From Candidatus Uhrbacteria bacterium (GTDB taxonomy: Bacteria; Patescibacteriota; Patescibacteriia; UBA9934; GWF2-40-263): a stretch of DNA of 46,858 nt. Under the pieces are notes generated by a model. The model worked only from the letters and a program-made list of their open reading frames with translations. It made no database searches and was not told the origin of the DNA. This document shows, one piece after another, positions 1 to 10,200 of this stretch. The stretch spans positions 1 through 46,858 of the forward strand of contig JACQWJ010000025.1 of assembly GCA_016209325.1 (NCBI GenBank), written 5' to 3'. Position 1 is the stretch's first letter; every line of letters begins with the position of its first letter. The position numbers and the translations under genes were made by a program.

Positions 1-358
1 CCGGCGTACCCTCCCGTTCACGGACTGCGAGGTCCCGTTCAAACACCTGAATGGAAAATGCACCTTGGAGATGACGATCCGCGACGGATCGCCGTGGCCG
101 TCGATTCTTGGAATTCAGGAGCCAGAAAATGAACGGTGACCGATTTCTATGCAGGCCACCACTACGGCAACCAGCACCCAAAAGACAATTTTAGCGAACG
201 GCATTGTGCCCTCCTTTCCAGTCGTGGGAAAAAATCAACAAAAGACACAAAACGGTATAATAGGATTAGCATATTTTCATAAGTTTGTCAAATAGTAAAA
301 ACAAAAAAACATCAGCATTTCTGCCAAGGCTTTTTTGAAACGGATCCTTCGACCTTGT

Positions 359-742
359 TTACGCGCTTGGGAATGGCTGCATGGAGAGAATACGGTTGGC
401 GTCGGATCCGGAAATGACTTGCTGTTGTTTCAGGCAATCTACGACGGCTACGACTTTGTCATCTTCTTTGCGTATGAGCATGACGATATCTCCCCGCATG
501 TCTTCCAAATCCTTTTTCGTGGCGAGGGGTTCAATGGCTTTGGCAAGCTCATGTTTGAGTTCATCTTTTGTCACCATGACGGACTTTATAGACGTGATCT
601 CGGATTTCATGGACGTGATTTCGGATTCGATTTTTTCAAATCGTTTATCCACATGCGTGGAAAACGTATTCAGTACATCAAGAACTTCATGTACGGATTC
701 GAGAACTTCGATGGTGGTCGGTTCCCCGTTGATTTTGCCCAT
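359..742 (-). CDS. Hypothetical coiled-coil protein
   Basis: 127-aa ORF with heptad-like repeats (IESEITSMKSEITSIKS; ATKKDL). The overlapping + strand ORFs look spurious. Confidence 0.75.
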   Translation of the reverse strand: MGKINGEPTTIEVLESVHEVLDVLNTFSTHVDKRFEKIESEITSMKSEITSIKSVMVTKDELKHELAKAIEPLATKKDLEDMRGDIVMLIRKEDDKVVAVVDCLKQQQVISGSDANRILSMQPFPSA

Positions 743-822
743 AGGAACGCAAAGAGAAAAATTAAAACGGGGGAGACTGTAATTACGATAGCAGGATCAC
801 AGAAAAAATCAAGATGTGGGAA

Positions 823-2661
823 TTACAGCTCCACCTTCCCAAGCCCCTTTGCCATGATGTCTTGAGGCAGATTCGTCGTTACAGCAGCTCCAGAGGCAGT
901 TACAACTGCTCCCGTAAACTCGTCCGTCGCCGTGAGGCGAACGTCCGTTAGGATCGTGGGGGTCGTTCCGACTTGGGTTTCCGAGGGCGTGATGCCTACT
1001 TCGAAGGCGACGCCGATAATCTTTGAGCCGGGAGGGAATGTCGGTGTCAGGCGAGACGCCGTCCAGGTGATCGTGTTCGTCGCGGCGTCGTAGGTGATGG
1101 GGTCACCTTGCGAGACCGTCTGGCGTCCCGTGAAGCGCGCGCCGGCCGGGAGGTGGCCCGTCAGCTTCACGTTCGTGAGCGCGTTCGTGGTGCCGCTCAG
1201 GTTCCAGAACACCCAGTACTTTGTTTCCTCCCCGACGAGCGGGGGCAGGGGGCCGCGGCCGAGTTGGTCACCCTGTTCCGACGTATAGCGCCCGAACGAG
1301 CGCAGGACGGCCGGTGACGTCACCTTTGTTGAGACGGAAGACCCGTAGCTCGTGACCTGCTGCTGTTCCTCGCCCGCGTCCCCCAGCTTGTAGGTTCCAC
1401 GGCTCCGGGTGCTGATTTCGAAATTTTCGTAAGTGCTGGTCGAGCTTTGGGAAATGGAGGCTTTGATCGGCACACGAATTTCCACCTCGCCGCTCGCGCC
1501 CGCGTCGACGGTCCCGACGGAAACCGGCGCGACCGATCCGGCAAACGGGCTTGTCGCTTCAAGCGCGATCGCTAATTCCTCCACGGGAGTTTCGCCCGTG
1601 TTTTCGTAGCGGACGACGGTTTCCATGTATCCCCCAGGCCGCGCGGCGCCGCTCGTCACGCTATGGCTGAGACGGATCTGGGGCTGGACGATCGAGACCG
1701 TCGTTTCGAGCGTCTCCTGACGGTAAAAGACGTCTCCAAAGGCGAAGGATGGGTGAAAGACGAAGGTTGCGGACTCGGTGCCTTCCCGTAGGACGCCGGA
1801 AAATTCAACCACGCCTTCGGTTCCAGCCTTCACATCCGGCATGTGCCATTTTCCCTCCCGGAGGGGCAGGGAAGCGGAAGTGAAGCGGAATCCTTCGGGC
1901 CAAACGGGTTCGATCGCGATTTCGGGGAAGTCGATCGTCCCCGTGTTTTTATAGGCGATGGAGCCGGGCATCGGCTGGGACGCCACAAGGCGTTCGGGCA
2001 GGTTCAGCTCGAGCGCTAACGTCGAGCGCGCGGGGGAAAACGCGTGCGCGCTCACCTTCTGGCCCGGCTTGCCCTTTGTTCCCCGCGTGAACGTCAAGAT
2101 GCTTGTGAAGGCCTGTTCGCCGCCGACGTCGCCGAACATGACGCCCTCGATGCGTACGGTTCCCACGGCGCCGGGTTCGAGCGTTCCGAGGGCGATGACT
2201 TCGCCCTCCTCGGCCGGTTGCTCGTTTCCTTCGATGTGCTGGAGGAGGAAGTGATCGGGGAACCCGACCCGCACCCGCGCATGTTCCAGAGTTTTGCCTG
2301 TCCCGTTGGTGTAGCGCATCACAAGGGTCGAGGGCGCGCCGCTCACGATTTCACGGGGCGCCACGTCCGCCTCGAACAGGATCTTGTCCTCGAAGGCGGG
2401 CGCCTTGTAGAGGAAGAAGAACAGGGCTGCTCCTGCGAGTCCGAGGGCGATACCCACGAGAAGGAGATCAAACGCGAACAAGAGCTTCGCGAAGCGATAT
2501 TTGCCCCGATATTTTTTTTCAAAGTGTCGGAAGAAGGGCAGGAGGAGCATCGAGCCCGGATGGCTCGCCAGGCACACGGCCTGTTCCACGACTCCGTGGG
2601 CCGGATCGCTCTTCTGGCAGGTCAGTCCGTGCTTGATTTCGTCTTTGAGGTTTTCTGACAT
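823..2661 (-). CDS. Membrane-anchored protein with DUF11/CARDB-like Ig folds
   Basis: N-terminal TM helix (LLFAFDLLLVGIALGLAGAALFFF), repeated YxNxG beta-sandwich motifs, C-terminal GPLPPxVGEETxYWVFW motif. Confidence 0.75.
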   Translation of the reverse strand: MSENLKDEIKHGLTCQKSDPAHGVVEQAVCLASHPGSMLLLPFFRHFEKKYRGKYRFAKLLFAFDLLLVGIALGLAGAALFFFLYKAPAFEDKILFEADVAPREIVSGAPSTLVMRYTNGTGKTLEHARVRVGFPDHFLLQHIEGNEQPAEEGEVIALGTLEPGAVGTVRIEGVMFGDVGGEQAFTSILTFTRGTKGKPGQKVSAHAFSPARSTLALELNLPERLVASQPMPGSIAYKNTGTIDFPEIAIEPVWPEGFRFTSASLPLREGKWHMPDVKAGTEGVVEFSGVLREGTESATFVFHPSFAFGDVFYRQETLETTVSIVQPQIRLSHSVTSGAARPGGYMETVVRYENTGETPVEELAIALEATSPFAGSVAPVSVGTVDAGASGEVEIRVPIKASISQSSTSTYENFEISTRSRGTYKLGDAGEEQQQVTSYGSSVSTKVTSPAVLRSFGRYTSEQGDQLGRGPLPPLVGEETKYWVFWNLSGTTNALTNVKLTGHLPAGARFTGRQTVSQGDPITYDAATNTITWTASRLTPTFPPGSKIIGVAFEVGITPSETQVGTTPTILTDVRLTATDEFTGAVVTASGAAVTTNLPQDIMAKGLGKVEL

Positions 2662-2676
2662 ACGAAGTTATGAAAT

Positions 2677-2812
2677 CGGCGGCAACCCCCTGTAAGTCCC
2701 CCTTGGGAAGGGGGACACGCGTTTCTATTCCTGGTTCCCCTCCTTACCAAGGAGGGGCTAGGGGAGGTTGCCGGTGTTCTTGCTGAGGGGAGGTTAGGAG
2801 GGGTTGCCGCCG
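2677..2812. repeat. Intergenic REP-like palindromic element (composite of CCCC(T)CCTTnnnAAGG(A)GGG units)
   Basis: 13-bp terminal inverted repeat cggcggcaacccc (2677-2689) / ggggttgccgccg (2800-2812), with internal hairpins tcccccttgggaaggggga and cccctccttaccaaggagggg. Confidence 0.85.
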
Positions 2813-2835
2813 TTCGAGTTCCCGTGCATCGTACG

Positions 2836-4917
2836 TCAGAACAACGAAAACGTGAACACTTCCGCCGACTGGCCGAGGATCTCATCCTTGCCGTCGCTGT
2901 CCACGTCCGCGGCGCTCACGTCCACGCCCCGGTTGTCCGTCGTCTCGAAGGCGAAGAAGTCCCGCACGAGCTTGCCGTCCTTTTGGAAGATTTTGACATG
3001 CGGCCCGCCGCCATTGCCGGGTCCTGTGATGATCTCGTCCTTGCCGTCGCCGTCGACGTCGCCGGCCGCCACGCGCACGCCGCCGCGAAACTTTTCGTCA
3101 TAAGCGAAGAAGCCTGGGTTGATCACCTTCCCGTCCTTGTTGAAGACGCGCACATGCGGCCCGCCGCCGGATCCCGCGCCCGCGATGATCTCGTTGACGT
3201 TGTCCCCGTTCAGGTCGCCGATCGCCACGGAGACGCCGCCCCGGAATCCCGTGTCATAGGCGAAGAACCCGGGGTGGATAAGCACGCCGTTTTTATTAAA
3301 AATACGAATCTGAGGTCCGCCGCCGTTTTTTGTCCCCGTCACGATCTCGATGGTGCCGTCGTTTTCGAGGTCACCAACGGCGATGTTGATGCCGGACTTG
3401 TAGGCGGGCCCGTAAGGTTCGAAGGTCGCCGAGAGCGCGCCCGTGTCCGCGTATATGAAGACAGCCGTATCGTTCGCGACTACGGTCTCCAAGGTTCCGT
3501 CCCCGTTCAGGTCCTCGTGCACGACCCGTTGGCCCCCGTGGTAGGCCGACTCATAGGCGAAGAAGCCGGTCCGTTTGGCCTTGCCGGAGGAACCGTCAAA
3601 AATGCGGGTGAAGGCCCCGTTCAGGAAGACTGCGTTTTGGATGCTCTCGATCGGGCGCAGGAGCACGAGCCCGTCTTTGGGATCTAAGGTGACGCGGGAG
3701 ACGATCGCGCCGTTATTGACCGTCGGGTCCTGGCTGCCGTGGAGTTTTTCGTACTCGCCGTCCAGGCGTACGGTCTGGGTGGAGGCGGTCGCGTTCACGA
3801 GCACCTTGCCGTTCACGAAGTCACGTCCCCAGACGCTGTCTCGTATCTGGGGCTGAACGTGAACGGCCGAGATGGTCTGATTGCCCTTGAGCAGGTCCTC
3901 TGGCTGTCCCTTGGGTTCGCCAAGATAGGCGTTATACTCGTCATAGACCCAGGTTTGGTTGTGGCTCTCGGTGCCATGGTCAAACGAGAAGTATCCGCTT
4001 CCAAGAAGCGTCGAGCCGATCCCGAAGCGCACCTGGCGATAGTCGGTCCTGTTTCCCGTGTTGTTGGTGTTTCCGTTCAGGATGAAGACGGGATCGTACC
4101 CGACCTTGTTTTCGAGGCCGAGGTAGCGACTCATGACCGTGGCCCACGAGCCGTCCGCTTCCCACGGAGTGGGGAACGACTCGAACATGCGTCCGTTCAC
4201 GTACGGCTGGAAGGCATCGTTCGAGCTTCCGTTTGTGATGATGATCGTGTCTGGTCCTACCTTGGCGCGGGTCTGGGAAAAGAGGTTCGCGTATCCGTTC
4301 CGCCAGTTTGTGTCCGCGACCCCCGCCTCGTCGGCCGCGCCGTCGCGGTTGGTGTCGACGGGGCCCACCCAAGAGATGGAGTCGCTCACCTCGTCGTAAA
4401 ACACGCCGTCCCAGAGACCGGTCGACAGCACATTGCTCGCGACGAACCCCGCGAGGTAGTCGGTCCATCCGCTGTTCAGGTTGAGCGCGGACGTGCTTGG
4501 CCAGATGTTTTGGACGTTTCCGTCCGGGCCGCGCAGCCACCATCCCTCCTCAATGCCCTTGCGGAGCTGCAGGTGCAGGGCGTCGGACCAGTAGAGGTTG
4601 TTGTAGCTCACGCTCGGCACGTAGGCGAGAATGAGAATGTCGGGATTCCGCCGGCGGGCTTCCTCGAAGAAGGGACGATTGAAGATCTGGGCCTCGGCGG
4701 GAAGCACAAGGAGATCCGATTTCGTGAGGACGTCAATAACCGCCGGATCCTCAAGGGTCTTTCCGGACAGGAGGAAGTAGTTGGCGGTCCGGACGAACTT
4801 GTCGGACGGCGTGCCGGCCGCCGCCGCTCCGAGAGGGAGCAGCAGGCTGACCGTGGCGCCGATGGCAAGAAGACGTTTGATCACAAAGCAATGGTTATGA
4901 GTCCGTCTCTTCCTCAT
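2836..4917 (-). CDS. Secreted putative glycoside hydrolase (TIM-barrel, GHL15-like) with C-terminal FG-GAP repeats
   Basis: Signal peptide, WDGVFYDE and NGRMFESF motifs, three GGGPH/QVRIF + GDxDGDG repeats. Start placed at ATG 4917, which overlaps the upstream TGA (ATGA). Confidence 0.75.
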   Translation of the reverse strand: MRKRRTHNHCFVIKRLLAIGATVSLLLPLGAAAAGTPSDKFVRTANYFLLSGKTLEDPAVIDVLTKSDLLVLPAEAQIFNRPFFEEARRRNPDILILAYVPSVSYNNLYWSDALHLQLRKGIEEGWWLRGPDGNVQNIWPSTSALNLNSGWTDYLAGFVASNVLSTGLWDGVFYDEVSDSISWVGPVDTNRDGAADEAGVADTNWRNGYANLFSQTRAKVGPDTIIITNGSSNDAFQPYVNGRMFESFPTPWEADGSWATVMSRYLGLENKVGYDPVFILNGNTNNTGNRTDYRQVRFGIGSTLLGSGYFSFDHGTESHNQTWVYDEYNAYLGEPKGQPEDLLKGNQTISAVHVQPQIRDSVWGRDFVNGKVLVNATASTQTVRLDGEYEKLHGSQDPTVNNGAIVSRVTLDPKDGLVLLRPIESIQNAVFLNGAFTRIFDGSSGKAKRTGFFAYESAYHGGQRVVHEDLNGDGTLETVVANDTAVFIYADTGALSATFEPYGPAYKSGINIAVGDLENDGTIEIVTGTKNGGGPQIRIFNKNGVLIHPGFFAYDTGFRGGVSVAIGDLNGDNVNEIIAGAGSGGGPHVRVFNKDGKVINPGFFAYDEKFRGGVRVAAGDVDGDGKDEIITGPGNGGGPHVKIFQKDGKLVRDFFAFETTDNRGVDVSAADVDSDGKDEILGQSAEVFTFSLF

Positions 4918-5195
4918 TCTTTGGTGAACAGCTTGGGGTTGGGGGAGAATAGCTTGTTCTTGATCTTCCATTGGGCTACATATTGACCGATGCCGTCCTT
5001 GTCCCGCTTGTGCCTAGCGGTCGTACTTGTCTGAGACCATTTGAGCAGGGATTCAAAGTTGATTTTATACCTTCCTTGTACCACGACGTAGGTCAGCTGT
5101 TGATTTGTGATGAGACGACGGATCGTTCGTTGGCTTACACCAAACAAGCGTGCTCCCTCCGATACGGATAAACGGATGATGTTGGTTATGTTCAT
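4914..5195 (-). CDS. Excisionase-like helix-turn-helix (HTH_17) DNA-binding protein
   Basis: LSVSEGARLFGVSQRTIRRLI HTH followed by GRYKI wing. Confidence 0.8.
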   Translation of the reverse strand: MNITNIIRLSVSEGARLFGVSQRTIRRLITNQQLTYVVVQGRYKINFESLLKWSQTSTTARHKRDKDGIGQYVAQWKIKNKLFSPNPKLFTKE

Positions 5196-5212
5196 AAGAT
5201 TTTGTCTACACC

Positions 5213-5241
5213 AGAGTAGCCAATTCTGTTTATTTTGTCAA
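5213..5241 (-). promoter_or_regulatory. Sigma70-type promoter for the HTH/glycosidase operon
   Basis: TTGACA (5241-5236), 17-nt spacer, TACTCT (5218-5213), in an AT-rich divergent spacer. Confidence 0.7.
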
Positions 5242-5354
5242 TAGATATTGATTCTTTTTCTGTAATCTGATACCTTTCCGTGTCGTTTTTAAGGCAGTTT
5301 AGCAAAATCAGAGAGTATGGTGTAATACCTTCCGTATTTATAACGACCTTGTGT

Positions 5355-5885
5355 GTGAGGAAACTCCAGGAACAACTACTGCTCCACCGCATACGGACTG
5401 CCAGAGATGAACAGGCATTCGCTGTCTTACACGAGTGCCATGTTTCTTCCTTGCGCCGTTTTCTTAACCTGAAGCTGCCAACGCCGCATGATGCGGATGA
5501 CGCTGTTTCGACCGTCTTCCTGCGACTGTGGAATTACCTCACGGACACGAAGGTTGAAAGCGTTTCTGGTCTTCTATTCACGATCGCTCGCGGCGTTGTG
5601 GCAGAATTCTATCGTCAGCGTAAGCCCGAACTCGTTGAACTTCCGTCCATGGACGAGTTTCCTGAACTGCATTCAGCATCCGTTCGTCAGACAGGGGAAG
5701 TCGCTCTTGTCCGTCGCGCCCTTGCCCACCTGAATGAAGACGAACAACAGGTAATCACCCTCCGATTTTTTGAGGGGTATTCCGTTCGCGAACTCGCTTT
5801 CCATTTTCAAAAGACGGAAAACGCCACTCGTGTGATGCTGCATCGGGCGCTGAAGTCGTTGCGCCGCATCTTTGACCCCCTATGA
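5355..5885 (+). CDS. ECF RNA polymerase sigma factor
   Basis: Region 2 (DADDAVSTVFLRLW...LFTIARG) and region 4 (VITLRFFEGYSVRELA...RVMLHRALKSLR). Start probably GTG 5355; the ORF is open from 5280. Confidence 0.9.
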   Translation: MRKLQEQLLLHRIRTARDEQAFAVLHECHVSSLRRFLNLKLPTPHDADDAVSTVFLRLWNYLTDTKVESVSGLLFTIARGVVAEFYRQRKPELVELPSMDEFPELHSASVRQTGEVALVRRALAHLNEDEQQVITLRFFEGYSVRELAFHFQKTENATRVMLHRALKSLRRIFDPL

Positions 5886-7045
5886 ATCAAAAAGACATTA
5901 TTGCGCTCTTGGAACGTGTGAAAGACGCTCCCGAATTGGGAGGCGGATTCGGCCGTCCCGAGATTGAAGCGCATTGGATCCAGCTTGCCAAACGTCTTGG
6001 CTTTTCCCACAGGACCCTGCGGCCGGCCGCTTTGTCTTGGAGAGATTATGTTTCGTATTTCAGTTCGACGTTCGCCTACGGCCTCCTGCGTCCGATGAGC
6101 GTCGGCATCTCCGCGTTCCTCCTCGCCTTTACCGGATGGGTCGCGACCGTCAACGCCTCGTTCGCGAGCGTTCCAGGCGACTTCCTCTATCCGGTCAAGC
6201 TCGCGACCGAACGCGTCCAACTCCTCCCCTGGCTCTCGAGCGACGAGCAGCGCATGCGTCTACATGCCGAATTCGCCAGCCGGCGTCTGGAGGAAGTCAT
6301 GGAGATCGCCGGCTCCGAACGTTCCGGCAAGGAGGTGCGGGTCCGTGAAGCGGTCGAAAGCTTCAAACACGAGATCGCCTCGATCAGCGCGGAATTGGAG
6401 ACAGTGACGACGAATCGTCCCGAGACGGTCGTCCAGATGGCCCGGGACGTCGACCGCAAGGTTGGAGAATACACTGCCGTCCTCGACCAGTCCCAAACCG
6501 ATCCATCCCTTGATGCTCACCGCCAGCAGGTCGAAGAGGTACGGACCATCGTCGAAGATGCTAAACAGCAGATTACCGAAACGTTTGTCTCAAACCACGA
6601 GACTGCCGAGGAGGAACAGACGACGCGCTACCTCCAATCCGCCTTCCAGCAGGATTTGGCCGACATCCGCCAGCGCATCAGCCAAAGCGAGGATCGCCTC
6701 CAGGCCGTCGAACGTGTGCTCTCGGCCCGGCCGGCGCTGGACGCGGAGGGCGCCCCGTACCATTCGGACATCGAAAACGTCCGCCACATCTTGGTCGGGT
6801 TCGATGGACCGTTGCGCGAGACGATGGACGCCTTTGCGGCCGGCGGATTCCGCCTCGTCCTCGACACCGTCAACGCGTTAAAGGCGGATTTGAACGAAGT
6901 GGAGCACACGATCGCTTCCATGGAAATCGACTTGACGACCAAGATCCAAGAAGAAGACCGGGTGGAATCGGCCGTCTCCCCGGAGGTGGGCGAGTCGACG
7001 GCGGAATCCCAGAACGGTTCCGTTTCTGCCGATTCCGTTCCGTAA
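5882..7045 (+). CDS. Putative anti-sigma factor with DUF5667-like domain
   Basis: Coupled to the ECF gene (ATGA overlap). Single TM, then SVPGDFLYPVKLATERV...FASRRLEE, then a long helical tail. Confidence 0.75.
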   Translation: MNQKDIIALLERVKDAPELGGGFGRPEIEAHWIQLAKRLGFSHRTLRPAALSWRDYVSYFSSTFAYGLLRPMSVGISAFLLAFTGWVATVNASFASVPGDFLYPVKLATERVQLLPWLSSDEQRMRLHAEFASRRLEEVMEIAGSERSGKEVRVREAVESFKHEIASISAELETVTTNRPETVVQMARDVDRKVGEYTAVLDQSQTDPSLDAHRQQVEEVRTIVEDAKQQITETFVSNHETAEEEQTTRYLQSAFQQDLADIRQRISQSEDRLQAVERVLSARPALDAEGAPYHSDIENVRHILVGFDGPLRETMDAFAAGGFRLVLDTVNALKADLNEVEHTIASMEIDLTTKIQEEDRVESAVSPEVGESTAESQNGSVSADSVP

Positions 7046-7050
7046 TCCGC

Positions 7051-7193
7051 ACAGGGATCTGGCGTTTCTCTGCGAGGACTTCCCGCCCGAAGGCGGAAGC
7101 GAGTCCCGGCAGAGAGACGTCAGCGTCTCTCACGTCCGTTTCGCGCGCAGCTGAAAGGTTGATCCGCCTCAGGCGGAGTTGCGCACACCCTGT
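7051..7193 (+). ncRNA. Candidate structured leader RNA of the S-layer-like gene
   Basis: Closing stem acaggg/ccctgt, 15-bp stem 7059-7073/7109-7123, second hairpin 7145-7184. Confidence 0.5.
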
Positions 7194-7250
7194 TTCTTAA
7201 AGGTTCATGCCGGCCTTGGGCATACAAAACAAGCAAGGCACTACACTCCT

Positions 7251-10200
7251 ATGACAGACGCGTTTAAACTCGGGAAGCGGGCACTCACGTCGTTCGTGGC
7301 CCTGGCGACGATCATTTCGTCGATCGGGATCTCGGCCCTCGTGGCTCCGCTCCAGGTCCGCGCGGCTTCGGCCGGCGACCTGATCAAGGGCACTACGCTC
7401 GCCACCCTGTACTACTACGCTGCGGACGGCAAGCGCTACACCTTCCCGAACGAAAAGACCTTCTCCACCTGGTACACTAACTTCAACGGCGTGAAGACGA
7501 TTTCCGACAGCGAACTGGCCGCCATTCCCTTGGCCGGCAACATCGTCTACCGCCCCGGCGTCCGCTGGATCAAGATCCAGAGCGATCCCAAGACCTACGC
7601 CGTGACCCCCCAGGGCAAGATCCGCTGGATCGAGTCCGAGGCGGTCGCCGTCGGCTTGGCGGGTTCCGACTGGAACACCATGATCGACGACGTCGCGGAC
7701 ACTTTCTTCGTCGACTACGCCCTCGGTTCCTCCCTCATGTCGGCCGCCGACGCCTTCAACGGCGCCCTCGTCACCATGAGCGGAACGAACTACCTGGTTT
7801 GGAACGGTCAAAAGCGCATGGTGACCTCGGAAGGCTCCAGCGCCAACTGGTTCCAGACTCGGGCTTGGCTTGACGGAACAGGCATCACGCTCGCCGGCCT
7901 CTCGGCCGGTTCGGACGTGACCGCCAAGGAATCCACCCTGACCGACGTCGCCCAGCTCGGGCAGACGGTCACTGGCGGCCTCTCGGTCAGCCTTGCTTCC
8001 GACACCCCGGCTTCAGCCACCATCCCGCAGGGCGCCGCTTCGGTTCCCTTCCTGAAGGTAAAGCTCATGGCCACTTCGGGTGACGTGACCATCGACCAGC
8101 TTGAGTTCAAGCTCGGCGGCGTGGGCGCGGTTTCGAACTTCGGCGACACCTACCTCTACAACGGGGACGTGCGCTGGACGGACGGCCGCTCCATCAACTC
8201 CTCGAGCCGTGTGGTGACGTTCGGCGCCTTGAACCTCAAGCTCAAGAGTGGCGAGACCAGCTACCTCACGCTCCGTGGTGACATCTCGACCACCGCCGTC
8301 GGCAGCGACACGGCGAACTTCTCGCTCGTGTCCACCAGCTCGGTGTCCGGCACGGCGACGGTTTCCGGCAACTTCCCGGTCACGGGCAACACCATGACCT
8401 TCTCGGAGACGGACGCTGGCACGCTCGTGGTTGACGCCTCGGGCAGCATCACCGATCCCACGATCGGCGAGGGCGACGCCACGATCGCCAAGTTCACCCT
8501 GGAAGCCGATGACGAGGATGCCTCAGTCGAGCGCATCACCCTCAACGTGGATGACGCTGGCGACCACAGCGACTTCAAGCTCTGGAAGAGCACCACGTTG
8601 TTGGCTTCTGGAACCGTCTCTAGCGACCTCGTGACCTTCGTCCTGAGCAGCCCGCTCAAGATCGACGAGGGCAACACGGAAACGCTGAAGGTGTCCGCGG
8701 ACATCGGCGGCGAATCCAACGACGTGGTCGCGATTGCGGTCGAGGAAGAGGCTGACGTTCTCGCCATAGGCGGTGACTTCGGCTTCAACATGTCGATTGA
8801 CATCACGGGCTACGATGAGACGGGAACCACCGCCTGCGCCACGAGCGCCGACGACTGCTCCCGGAGCGAAATCATCGGCGGCGAACTCACGTTCGCCTTC
8901 AACGGCCCGTCGTCCGACGACGTGTGTATCGACTGTAACGAGGAAGTCTTCTTCAAGTTCAAGTTGACCGCGGAGAACTGGACCGAAGTCAAGGAAATCC
9001 AGGTCCAGGTCGAGTGCGTTGCGGGTTCCGCTTCCGGCTGCGACGACGCAGCTGACAACGGGGACCTCTACAACGACGCGGCCGACGAGCCCAACCTCCA
9101 GGACATCAAGATCCGCAAAGTCGACAGCGGAACCACTTGGATGGGACCGGAAGAGCTTGACGACTCCGACGACACGCTCCAAACGCTGACGTTCAGTGAT
9201 GACCAAGTCATGACGGCTGGCACGACGCTCGACCTCGAGATCACCGCCGACGTCAACACCGATGCCATCGATGCCGACATCTACCAGTTCACCATCCTGA
9301 CCGATCAGGTGGTGGCCGAGGATGCCAACGGCGACGAACTGACGGCCGGCGAGGACATCATCCCGAGCGCGGACCTCGCGGGCAACGACTTCACGCTGAC
9401 CGACGCCGAAGTGACGGTGGACCTTTCGAGTCCGCCCTCCAGTGGCACCTACGTGAAGGGCGCCTCCAACGTTTCGGTGGTCGGCTTCACGTTTGACGCC
9501 GGCGATTCGTCCGACATCCTGATCGAAGAAGTCACCTTCGGCGCCATGGGCGACGACGACGGCTCCTTCACGGACGTCGACGAGGACCTCGACGTGGGCG
9601 ACTTCGTCCAGTCCTGCAGCATCTACGACAACGAGTCGGGCGCGCTCATTGACGGACCCGAGTCCGTGACGAGCGATGACGAAGTGCAGTTCGACAGCTT
9701 CAGCTGGACCATTGAGGCCGGCGAGAGCGACAAGCTGCTCCTCAAGTGCAACTTCGCCAACGTTGACAACGCCAGCGACACCAACGATGCGTTCGCCTTC
9801 TTCATCGCCTCTGCCGACGACATCGTCGCGCAGGATGAGGACGGCGACGAGATCGATGCCACCTTGGGCGACGACAACACCGACGGTGAAGTGGCGATCG
9901 CCATCACCGACGGCGGCACGCTCGCGATCAGCCAGGACGGTTCGACGGCCAAGTCGACCATCATCCTTGGCTCCTCGACTGGCGTGGCCATCTCCAAGTT
10001 CAAGTTCTCGGCGACCGACGAGCCGCAGATCGTGAAAACCATCAGCCTGCGCAACTGTGTGACGAGCGCGGTTGATGCCAACGACGACTGCGACGGCGAA
10101 GGTGACGAGACCGAAGGCGATGACGACATCGCCGCCAACGTGAAGGTCAGCTACCTCGACAAGGCCGGTGCCACCAAGACCAAGACAGGCTTCCTGTCGG

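Noticed and set aside
1-204. Minus-strand ORF with strong SD (ggaaaggaggg) starting at ATG 204
   Set aside because: It stops after 29 codons while another frame stays open to the window edge. I cannot tell a small peptide from a frameshifted gene at the boundary.
645-653. DnaA box TTATCCACA
   Set aside because: Single copy inside a CDS with no cluster; not an origin.
2900-3560. Repeated DNA segments that could suggest an array
   Set aside because: They are FG-GAP protein repeats. No CRISPR repeat-spacer pattern or cas genes were seen in the window.
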